From: the human T2T-CHM13v2.0 reference genome, Homo sapiens
Direction: 5' to 3' (one strand)
NCBI RefSeq assembly: GCF_009914755.1
Contig: NC_060932.1
Length of the DNA stretch: 64,000 nucleotides
Part shown: positions 39,201-49,240 of the stretch, piece after piece
How positions within the stretch are numbered: the first letter of the stretch is position 1
Layout of the letters: every line of letters starts with the position of its first letter
The notes under the pieces: model-generated
What the model was told of the DNA's origin: nothing
Databases searched by the model: none
The model's input: the letters and a program-made list of their open reading frames with translations, nothing else
Made by a program: the position numbers and the translations under genes

Positions 39201-40817
39201 CTCTCAGTTTTCCAGTAACTAAATGATTTCCACCATCTTATCACTAATGAGCTAAAGTATGAGAATGAGATGAGTTTCAAATGTAAGATAGCTCATATTA
39301 TTGTCACCAGCAATTAAAATAGAGTAAAATGCTAACTATAGCAATAGCATTTAGAATTTCTCTACCTTGTGAAAGAACCTAGCAAATATAATCTTATCAT
39401 CAATCCTTTATTTATACATATAACATCATTTTGTAATGAATTTCCTGGTGGATAAATCGAATTGGTGATACAAACAATTGGTTTATGATGTGGAAAAAAT
39501 AAACCAGTGTCTTAGGAAAATCTGGACAAGGTATTCCTATCATTGGTTTGAGGCTTATTTAACTTGGATTGGGTGCGGTTTCATAAGAAAGAAACGATTG
39601 TAGCCCTAGTGCTACCTATAGCTGAGCTAAGTCAGAGTGAAATAAAAGGAACCCTTCAAACTGGGTTTTGAGCCTTCTGAAAGTTTCTCGGTCTTTCCGA
39701 TGCCACTCCAGATGCAGAAAACATATGGGTGATTATGTCTGCTCTAGACAATAATCTCTTTGTTGGGTGGGAAGTCAATGTTTGTAGTGTGTTAATTGAG
39801 TAGAGAAAACATAAACCATCTCTTTGCTGATGGCAGGGAATTTCCTGAGTGGCCCCTTTTAGGTTCCATTTTGTATCCACAGTGGAAAGCAAATGGTGAT
39901 TCAATAAACACAGGGCTTTGTCTCTTCATATAGGGTGTCTGCAGAGATTTTCAGTGTGGTTGCTACCCTGTCAAGTCACAGATGTCATTTCCTTCAGGGT
40001 AGAAAGAGGGAAAGCAGATTCTCATAGCTTAGATTAAAGGAAGGCAATCATTGGCTCATTTGTTCCTTTCAAAAATGACATTTTCAGTGAAGTGAAACAG
40101 CTGCCAAGGTGTGCTAACTCTATACTCCCATTTTCGTTTCCTAAATCCTGAAAATGCTAAGTTAAACATTAGCTATCCTCCTAAAGAGAATGAAGATTAA
40201 TGTGGAGAAAGATGCTATTCCAGTGTTTATGGCTTTTAGTTGACAGATTTGTATCTAGCTAAGCAGAATGATGAGCTAGCTACAATGAGCCTATGCCCAG
40301 CAATTCACTCATTTTTCTCTCATAATTTCCCTTTGGCTTCTTCGTTAAATGTTTATTTAACTCTCTTAAGTAGTAAAAGAAGTACTCCTCAGTCTTTAAT
40401 AGTTTCAAATGCTTACATGTTTAGAAGGATAATCACTAAAGGGTTTCTGAAGAATAATTGGCATCAGAGTCAGGGTTTGAATTCTGTCCTCCACTTGCCA
40501 GGTTCCTGATCCTCAGGGTATCACTGTAAAGTTTCTAGGATTCTGTCATTTTTTTCTCTGAAATGAAAATGAAGGATGATACCATCTATTTTTCATCATT
40601 AGATATGATGATGCACATAAGGGTGCTTAGTTACATGTAAAATACTGTGCAAAGTAAAGGATTATTATTGTTTTTGATTTCTTTAGAAGATGTTTACGTG
40701 TAAGACTGCGTTACACACATATGATGTGTATGTGTGTGTGTGTATAGAAAGCTTTCACCAACACAACATCAGGGCACTTGGATATTTTATAATATTTCCT
40801 ATATGATGAATTGTCTT

Positions 40818-41325
40818 CTTCATTCAGTGACTGTTTGTTGAGTACCTGCTATATGTCTGGCATTTTTCTACAGGCCGAGGATAAAATGCTATTTATGATA
40901 GACAACATCCTTGCCCTTATGGTGTTTACATTCTTGTGAGGGTGTGGGGAGAAACATAGTAGATATAAACAAATAAGATAATTTCAGATAGCAGATGTGC
41001 TCTGGAGAAAATGAAACAAGTCGTTTACTAGAGAAAGTAGCATTTGAGAGTCTGGAACAATGAGAATGTGCCAGTCTTATAAAGACTTGGGAAAAGTTGC
41101 TCTAGGTAGCAGGTGAAAAGACCCAGAATTAGGAAGAGCTTGGAATATGGCAAAAATGAATAGCATATTTGGAGCCTAATGAAGAGAATACAAGAGAAGA
41201 GAAGAGAGGGAAATATGGTTGGAGAGAGAAGAAGCAACTAGCTCAGAGAATCAAGCATGCTGTGGTAAGAAGTTAGGATTTTACTCGAGTTGCTATAAGA
41301 AGTGTTTAGCAGGTTTTGAGCATTC
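40818..41325 (-). mobile_element. LINE L2 fragment
   Basis: tcattcagtgactgtttgttgagtacctgctatatgtctggc...taagaagttaggattttactcgagttgc...aggttttgagca. Confidence 0.65.
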
Positions 41326-43733
41326 CTTATGTGTTACCAGACATGGAAAACTAAATAGTACCTATTCAAAAATCACAGATTCTTATAAAAAGCGATTTAT
41401 TCTCTACTTCGTCCATCTGCGCGATCTAGGAAAGACTCTTAAGCCAATAGAGGGCGCCAAAGGACCTTTAAAAGCCCTTTCAGCACTGAAGTGAGGGGAG
41501 AGCGCTCTGGTTGTTCTTTTAGAGTTTTGGTAAAAGGTGACTCAACCTATGAAATCGTAGTTTATCTGTAATTCTTACCCAAACAAAAAATTGAATGAGC
41601 TTAGTTTACATGCATCAGGACCTTGGATTTCACAGTGGAGAATTGTTTATGATGAGATGAGGGTGGGAAGACATTTGGGGGTTATTTTTAATCTTCTCCC
41701 ATCTGGTAGTATTTGAGTAGAATATAAAACAAATATGGAGCCAAAATTTACTTTCTGGATTCACTTGGCAAGAAAAATATATCTATACTTAGAACTTTGA
41801 AAACACTCATAATTTGCCACTTAGGATGTGTTATTCTAAATACTATTCCAAACTTACTTATTAAGTTTTCTAGTTGTGTGTACTGAGAAAGGCTATTGCG
41901 TGAAAAGTAGTGGGTTATAATACATGGAATTTCTTATACATGATCAGATAGCTATGCTTTATCGTGAAAACAACTCATAGTGAGTTAGATGAAAAAAAGA
42001 GAAGGCAAAGAGAAGGAAAAAGAAGGAGGAAGGGGAGGAAGACAGGGAAGAAAAGATCTGCTAATGTCTATGTATACAACAAAGAAAAATAAAAAAGAGA
42101 ATGAGAGAGCTTGGAAGAAAGTAGATTTAGATGTACTGGCATGTAGATCTTCATGTAAACAGGATTGAGAAATAGTTAATACCAAAGAATTTGACTTCCA
42201 CTTCCCAGATTGAGACTTATTTGTTATATGTAGATATGAAGGTTCATGGTGACTGTGATAAAACACTCATTATTGTCTTTAATAAGAAAAAGTTCAGTCA
42301 ATCAACCCTTACTCAGAGTCTCTCATCTCTCCATTTCATGCTTGATAATCACAGGCATGTAATTTATAAACTCTTTGCTTTACCCAGAGAGACTTCAGAA
42401 AGCACTGTAAAAGCAGCCAACCAGATAAGTCACCTGAGCAAAGGAATATAGAACCATTGGAGAAGAGACAGGATCCCACATTGACCAGAAGTCCAGGAGG
42501 CCAGTGATGGGTGAAGCACTCTAACAGTGCTGGCAATCTAAACATCATGAACAATTTTCAGTGGGGTCGTGCCTGTTTATTCTAAGCATCATCTATTCAA
42601 ATTCGACCATAAGGAAGAGGAGTTTTAAGCTTCTAATACAGCAAAAATGATACAGAGGCTAACGACAGAGCAGGCCCATACAAAGCAGCCCCCTGACCAT
42701 GCATCTCACACCAGCCATCTATTTGAAAACACTTCACTTGACATGTTTCCCTCATTTTTGAGAAACCCCCAAAGTCACTCTCCTGTTACCTACCATACAT
42801 TTTGCAAAGACAGTGCCATGCCATTAATTAGCTATTGGTTCTAGTAAATTTAAACAATAGAAACATTGTCTACTTTCTCATCCATAGACAATGTGAACTT
42901 TGTTCACATAAGCATATCCATATTTAAGGGGAAGAATAGAAAAAAAAGGAGGAGAAAGGAGGGAAAGATACCTAAAGAACAAGATTCCACCTAAATATAA
43001 TATTTAAAGCATCTACATCAAAATGCCCTTTTCCAATTAATCAAAACTTGCATTCTTTGCCACCCCCAATTACTGAGGTTGGTTTATTCAAAGCACTGGG
43101 GTCGCATCGTGTCATGAGAGAAGATATCATGTTTGGTCACCAAGGCAATAAAAAATTCCCGAGAAAACCATGTGTCATAGGATTGTTTGAAGGATTGGAT
43201 GACATAACACGTACAGTACTCAGCACTGACAATCAGTATGTGTTTAACAAATGTATGTTCCTTTGAGAACTGAGGGTTTGTGGCTTAGAGATACGGAAAA
43301 ACCCAACTCTGAAGCCCAGAGCCTGCTACAACACCCTGCTGCGACTCTCCTGAGGAGAGATGTTAAGGAATGGGTCACCTTCTAAATCTGGATGCTTCTC
43401 CTCCCCTTCTGTCTCCTGCTCCGGAGACTGCAGACCCTGAGGGAGGGGAATGAGGAGCAGAAAGCAGACTTTCTTAGCTGATGTCAGAGTAGAATTACTC
43501 ATAGAATCAGAGTAGAAGGGTAGAGTTGGTAGAAACTTTTAGAGGTCATTTAGTTCCACTTTAAGAAGAGATTGCATTCCGCTAACACTCAAGACCTCCT
43601 AGGTACAAGGCACTGTGCCAGACTGAAGGCGGAGACTTAAAGAGAGTGAGGCAACCCTGGCTCTCTGGAAGCTATATGATCAATAACCCGGGGAAGTTAG
43701 AGGGGAAACAAATGCAAGGCAGGCAGGAGTTAC

Positions 43734-44693
43734 CTGGTTGATGGAAATGACCGCCAGCCGGGGTATGACCACTTGGAGGATGACCTGCAGCAGCGAGGTG
43801 CCCAGGCCGGCCAGGATGGCCCAGGTGAGCGGCAGCGGCAGCATACTGTAGGTGGCGAAGAGCGTGAAGAGCACGTAGCCTATGCCGTCGCCCAGGAGCC
43901 CGTAGCCGAGGCCTGCTGCCAGGATCTGGGTGGTCATGGCCACCCAGGTGACCACGCCGCTGTACTGCAGGTACGTGTGGGAGGTGGTGTCCTTCCTGAC
44001 CACCACCAGGGCGCAGATCACTACCTCAATGCCGGTGAAGAAGCCCAGCAGGATGCCCTTGAGCGGGTCCATGGGGGCCGAGGCCAGGCTCAAGTGTAGG
44101 ACCAAGAGAGTGAGTTTGGTCAGCACGTCCAGCACGTTCATCACCACTTCCGATTTGCGCCTTTGGCCCAAGAAATAGCGCTGGTAGAGGCGTTCCAAAT
44201 CCCGAGATTTGAAGGAGTTGCGCAGGGTGGGGAAAATGACCCCTCGGTAGCTATAGCCCCCATTAAGAAAGAAATCCGAGTTGCTAGGGGCACAGTCAAG
44301 GTGCAGGAAGCCCAGGTCGCCCCCGCCTCCGCTGCCGCTGGCACTGCCGCTCCCGCTGCGTTCCGGGAAGACTTTGGTGCCGCAGGTGCTGTGCGCTCGC
44401 TCTCCCGGGCCCAGCGAGTAGAGGGGCAGCGCCGAGTCGCCTGACAGCTGCGGCGCGTGGTGGTTGGGGCCGCCGCCCGCAGGGTCCGAGGCTTTGCCCG
44501 AGCCTCCACTCCCGCTGCCGCTGCCTCCCCGGTGCCCGTGAATGAAGCGCTGCTCCGTGATGTGTCGCACCGCCGTCTGCCACAGCAGCCGCTGCGGCCG
44601 GGAGGCGCTCCTGCCGTCGCCGGCCGGGGGCGTCGGGTGGATGGTGTAGAGTTCCTCGCTGCCTGTAAGGCAGCGCACATCGGAGAGCTCCAT
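43734..44693 (-). CDS. ADCY8: Adenylate cyclase type 8, first coding exon (aa 1-320: N-terminal cytoplasmic domain with the calmodulin-binding helix [17 protein letters not shown], Gly/Ser-rich linkers, and about five TM helices of the first membrane cluster)
   Basis: The ORF track protein [27 protein letters not shown]...LERLYQRYF... is recognisable as the ADCY8 N-terminus. The ATG at 44693 has a strong Kozak context (gccATGg). A donor CAG|GTAACT follows ...ISINQ at 43734/43733, giving exactly 960 nt (phase 0). The last 17 aa of the track ORF are intronic read-through. Confidence 0.97.
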
Positions 44694-45264
44694 GGCTCTG
44701 GGCCGCAGGGAAGGAGGCCCAGAACCTTGGGGAGGCAGCCGGAGGAGGGGTTCCTAAAGACTCAAAGGCGGCCTGGTAGGAGCTTGGCAAGGATCCTTTT
44801 TATCCTAGGCTGCCCCGTTGCAGGAGCCCTGCGCTAGGGCTCCCTGTAGGTCGGGTCATACTGTGCCCAGGGGCAAAGGGCACCTGGAAGATCGCGGCGG
44901 ACCTCGGCGTCCTTGCGTGCTGCTCTCCCGCCAGCCGGCGCAGCTTGGGTACGCAGCGGCAGTGGCTATTTGTCCTCAGGAGCCGCAGCGCTGTGAGCCA
45001 CGCAGCCCCTTCCTGGGCTCAGGCTCCTTGGTTGATTCTAGGCTCAGCGTTTTGGCGCAGCCTTTGCTCTCCAAGAGACGCCTAAGCGCCTGGGCGCCGT
45101 GCTTCTGCTGCGCGTCGGGCGGGTCCTGGCTGCTGCACTGGGCTTTGGACGCCCACTGCTCCGCGGCTGCAGGGGGCCTGGCCGGCGGTGACCGGCGGCA
45201 GCGATGGGTGCGAAGTTAGCAGATGTGGCTGGAATCATCGCCCTTCGGAGAACTCCATTGCGCC

Positions 45265-45299
45265 GGGATGGGGAGCAGGGGCGGAGCTGGGGGCGGGGG
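45265..45299. promoter_or_regulatory. Tandem GC boxes (Sp/KLF) with a G-quadruplex-forming tract; candidate proximal core promoter
   Basis: GGGATGGGGAGCAGGGGCGGAGCTGGGGGCGGGGG: two GGGGCGG boxes and five G-runs of at least 3. Confidence 0.6.
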
Positions 45300-45950
45300 C
45301 AAAGAAGGAGGAGGAGGGGGTCACGGTGAGGTGGCGGGGCGCCCCGCGACAGGGTTGGAGAGGTGGTAGCCTCGGCGCTAACAATTCACCAAATAGTTAA
45401 TTTGGAGGAAGGGGTATGCTGAGGCTCCCTCCTAGGCTCTTTCCTAGTTCGGGAGCAAGGACTGACAGCGCAGCGCTGGCTCTGGCCAGAAGCATCCCTC
45501 CCGGAGGGGGTGTGGGGACTCTCGCCCCAGGGTCCCAGCCTGAGCTATAAGACGAGGTCAACGCTTTCAGCTGTGCTTTCGAAGGGTCGCAGCACACAGT
45601 TCTCATCCCCTTTATTTCGTTCTTTGGAGTCCATTTGGCTCGGAGCTAGGAGGATCAGGAGAGGCGGGGGAAGGAAAAAGTGGTGAGGGCTCCAAAGCCA
45701 AGAGCTCCGAGAACGAAGAGAAGCCGCCGGTGCGGATATCTGAGGCTGAGAACCGAAGCTTGGCGGATGAGGCGAAGGTTTGGAGGAGAAGGGAGGCCCG
45801 AGGCCGCGTGGAAGTCGACAGAGACGCCTCTGGATCTAGGGAAGCGCCGCCGCGTGCCACCCTGGAGCTCTGAAACGCACCGCGGGCGCCAGGCGACTGG
45901 GAGAAATTTGGAGACCTGTCAGAGTGGTCAGACACCCGCGGTGACTTAAA

Positions 45951-45977
45951 CCCGCCCCCGCGCCAAGCCACGCCCCC
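45951..45977. promoter_or_regulatory. EGR1 site (CGCCCCCGC, 45953-45961) overlapping a GC box, plus a KLF/Sp site CCACGCCCC
   Basis: cccgcccccgcgccaagccacgccccc seen in the sequence. Confidence 0.5.
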
Positions 45978-46809
45978 GGAACCGGGCCGGGGGTGGCGGA
46001 GGGACCTGCCATCCAGATCTGGCCAGGACGCCCCAGGTCTTGTAGGCAGAGGCACGCGCGGGCCGGCGTGGGAGAGGACCACTGAGGGCTAGGGCCGGCG
46101 GGCGCCCCCGGCCTTCCCTGGGCGCACTGCGATCCAGCGTTCCAGCTGGCCGCGCCAGCCGGTTCCTCCGCTGTTCTTTTTTAGGCATTGGCTCTTGTCC
46201 TCTGCAGGTGCGGAGCCAGGACTCGTAGGCCGCTTTGCGCACGGACTCGGAGAGCCCAGCGCGACAGAATACAGGGTTTCCTTTTCGCCCTTCCTACCCG
46301 TGCGTCTTTTGGCAAAGCCAACTTTCGGGCTAAACGCAAAATCCCCCAAGAGGCCGCAATCATAGAGGCAGTCAGTTTCCTACAGGAGCCTCTTTACTAC
46401 CTCGATCCGAAGGGGGTGGAGGGTACGGGACATCAAAATGGGGACGTCCCCTGCCTGCCTCGCACACTAAGTTTCTCCGCTTACAATAGGGTCGAGGAGG
46501 CGGACGTGGAGAAAGGCATGTCCAGGGGCCCCGCCTCGCCCTAGCCCAGGTTTCCCGCCCGCCCAGACTCAGCCGAGCGCTAGCGGACAAAGCCTGCGGC
46601 GGAGCTTGCGGCGGACCAAGTCGCTGAGCGGTGGGAGCTTAGTGCCGGTGCTAATGACAGATGAGCCGCGTCCCGGGGTGCAGGGTCTGCAGGGCAAACG
46701 CGGCCGCCGCAGTCCCGCAGCCGGATGCAGGTGGAGGAGCGGTGGTGGTCACCACCTCCTCCACCAAGACTGCGGCTGCAGCCAGTGGAGCCCGGGCCCA
46801 GAGCACAGT

Positions 46810-46831
46810 CAGCTGATGGCCAATGACGTCA
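46810..46831. promoter_or_regulatory. Full palindromic CRE (TGACGTCA, 46824-46831) overlapped by a CCAAT box (46820-46824), with an adjacent E-box CAGCTG (46810-46815)
   Basis: Sequence CAGCTGATGGCCAATGACGTCAG in the distal CpG island. A CRE/CREB-responsive promoter is known for rodent Adcy8. Confidence 0.8.
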
Positions 46832-48252
46832 GGCCCTGGGCGCGTTCGCGGCTCCCCGTGGCGTCCCATGAAAGCCCAAATGACCGCCTTGCCTTGCCGC
46901 CCCCTCAGTCCCTCCTGAGCAAGAAGAGAAGCTCCCTTCCCTCCTGCCTGTCCTAAGGAAAAATAATTTCGATACCCCCACCCCCAACCACATACACTGT
47001 CTCCAGGGTTATTTCTGTCGGCCGTGTCCCAGAAACGCGGGGTTTAATTCTTTGCTTTTTAATTCCTGTTTTTCTCCCCACGCATTTCGGCTTCGGGTTA
47101 AACCCAAAACGGGCCACCTGCCTTGCACACAGAATTCCAGAAGGAAGAGAAAAGAATCCTCTAATATTCCCCCCAATCCCTAACCAGTAGATTTCTAGAA
47201 TTTCGTTCACTCCCTGGAAAAGACTTCTTTAATTTCAATCCTTTTAAGTTGTATTCTACCATCCCCCAAGAAAGCCAAAATGAAACGCTCAACTTTAAAT
47301 AGATAGACGGCTGATTCTATTTTTAACTCTGCTTGTAGATGAATTAATCTGTTAACATTAAAGATCTCCCAGAATAGTTGGCCTATCCCATGGGCCTGGA
47401 AGTTAAGGGTAAAAGTACCTCAAACAACTCTGTGTTACAGTTATCTAGCCCTTAATGAAATAACCCCTGCAATTACATTCCTGTCAAAGAAATGCTTCTT
47501 GCTTCTTCCTTCCTGAATTTCTTGGACTCATCAGCCTCACCCTACTGGAACTCGGGTGGGTAATGAGTCTCTTAACTTGAGATGGGAACCCAGACGGAGC
47601 ACAGCTGGGAAGGCTGTCCTATAGACCCTATGCCAGAATGTGTGGGTAGCTGTGTCCTCTCTCTGCGGGCATTGCCCGAAGGCATCTGTGCTAATGACCA
47701 TATTAGCAAACTTGGCAATGGAAGACATCACTTTATTTTCTCACTTCTTTCTCCTTGGGGCCCTAAGGACTCAGCCTGAATAAATGAGGGGCTGGATGCA
47801 GTTGGAACTTTCCTATGAAAATCTTTCTCCAACCTGGACAGCTCCCAGGATGATTTATTCAGCAGCAAAAGGAGGCGGGCCAAGGAGGGGGAGATTGGAC
47901 CCAATCAGATAAAATGACTCAGGCTGATGAATGAACACAGCATGCTACAGAAAGAAACTCAATTTCATGAACTCAGAGGTTGAAGCTAATGCATCAGGGA
48001 GAACACATCACATCTGTTCAACTGACTGAACGCTTCATGGCTGGAAGGGTGTTACCGTAGATTGTTTTAAAATAAGAACATGGATGACACAATTAGATTC
48101 CGATGTTCTTCTTGTTGGGATGACATAGTGCCATTCAGCCCAAGAAGCATTCTGTTTTTGAATGAAAGCATTGGTTCAACACAAATATTTAGAAGCTTTT
48201 TGGAATATGCAAACCACCAAATGATTAAGAGCCACTTAAAACAAGAGAAGTC

Positions 48253-48580
48253 GGCTGGGGGCGGTGGCTCACGCCTGTAATCCCAGCACTTCGGGAGGCC
48301 GAGGCCGGCGGATCACGAGGTCAAGAGAATGAGACCATCCTGGCCAACATGGTGAAACCCCCTATCTCCTAAAAATACAAAAACTAGCTAGGTGTGGTGG
48401 CGCATGCCTGTAATCCCAGCTACTCGGGAGGCTGAGGTAAGAGAATCACCTCAACTCGGGAGGCAGAGGTTGCAGTGAACCGAGATCACGCCATTGCACT
48501 CCAGCGTGGGCGACAAGAGTGAAACTCCGTCAAAGAAAGAAAGAAGAAGAAAGAAAGAAAGAAAGAGAGTGAAAGGGAAA
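48253..48580 (+). mobile_element. AluSc-like element with a (GAAA)n tail and target-site duplication
   Basis: ggatcacgaggtcaagag..gagaccatcctggccaacatgg (Sc diagnostic); TSD caagagaagtc at 48242-48252 and 48585-48595. Confidence 0.9.
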
Positions 48581-48699
48581 AAATCAAGAGAAGTCCACAC
48601 ATTCTTTTGAAGCTATGATAGATCTTTCATAATGCTTTCATTTATCCTCTGCATATTTATTAAGGCAGGGTCTCTACTGTGATCTGAGGACAGCGTTTT

Positions 48700-49240
48700 A
48701 ACAATTCAGTGTCTTTTTGCACACAACTTCCTCCTCTTCCCCTGTATTCCTCCCTGAATATACTTGCTTACCTCATCCTTCAAAGTTTGAGCAATGTTGT
48801 CTCTGCATGAGAACTTTCCTGATATCCCCATTGAGAACTAATGACTTCCTTCTCTGTTTAATAGTCTGTTATGGGTACTTTTGGTATGGTCCCTTATACA
48901 GGGACTAGCCATTGGCGTATGTATCTGTCACTCCTCCCCATGAAACAGTGAGCTCCCTGAAGCGAAAAACTGATTTTCCTTGGGCCCATATCCCCCAACT
49001 TCTAGCAACTATAATTTACATAGAGATAATAAGATAATAATAATGTTAGCCACGATTTAGCACCTACTAGGTGTCAGCTCTTTCTTAAGATTTTTTACAA
49101 ATGTCCCATTTAATCATTCTAGTAATTATGTGAATTAGGTCCTTCTCTATTTTATTATTTCCATCTTACTGACTAGGATACTGAGTACCGAGGCTTCATG
49201 TGGCTAAGTACCTTGCCCAGGATCTCGTGGTTAAATCCAA
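48700..49240. mobile_element. L2 3' fragment followed by an antisense MIR
   Basis: agtgagctccctgaagc...atatcccccaacttctagca; taataatgttagccacgatttagcacctactaggtgtcag...taagtaccttgcccagg. Confidence 0.55.

Larger units (their letters stand above)
43740..47100. promoter_or_regulatory. ADCY8: CpG island covering the ADCY8 promoter, 5'UTR and exon 1
   Basis: Abrupt rise in GC content and CpG density relative to the CpG-depleted flanks. Confidence 0.93.

Noticed and set aside
43680-43733. Last 17 codons of the 337-aa track ORF as part of canonical ADCY8
   Set aside because: They follow a GT donor at a codon boundary and do not continue the hydrophobic sixth TM helix; treated as intronic read-through.
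44323-44530. Two Gly/Ser-rich (GSGSG) coding repeats in exon 1
   Set aside because: Normal low-complexity linkers of the AC8 N-terminus; short and imperfect, not an expansion-type repeat.
46569-46595. REST/RE1-like sequence tcagccgagcgctagcggacaaagcc
   Set aside because: Poor left half-site, wrong spacing and mismatches in the GGACAG half.
43773-46956. Many overlapping ORFs of 60-180 aa on both strands in the CpG island
   Set aside because: GC-rich DNA is poor in stop codons. The products are Arg/Ala/Pro/Gly-rich with no recognisable domains, and many use non-ATG starts.
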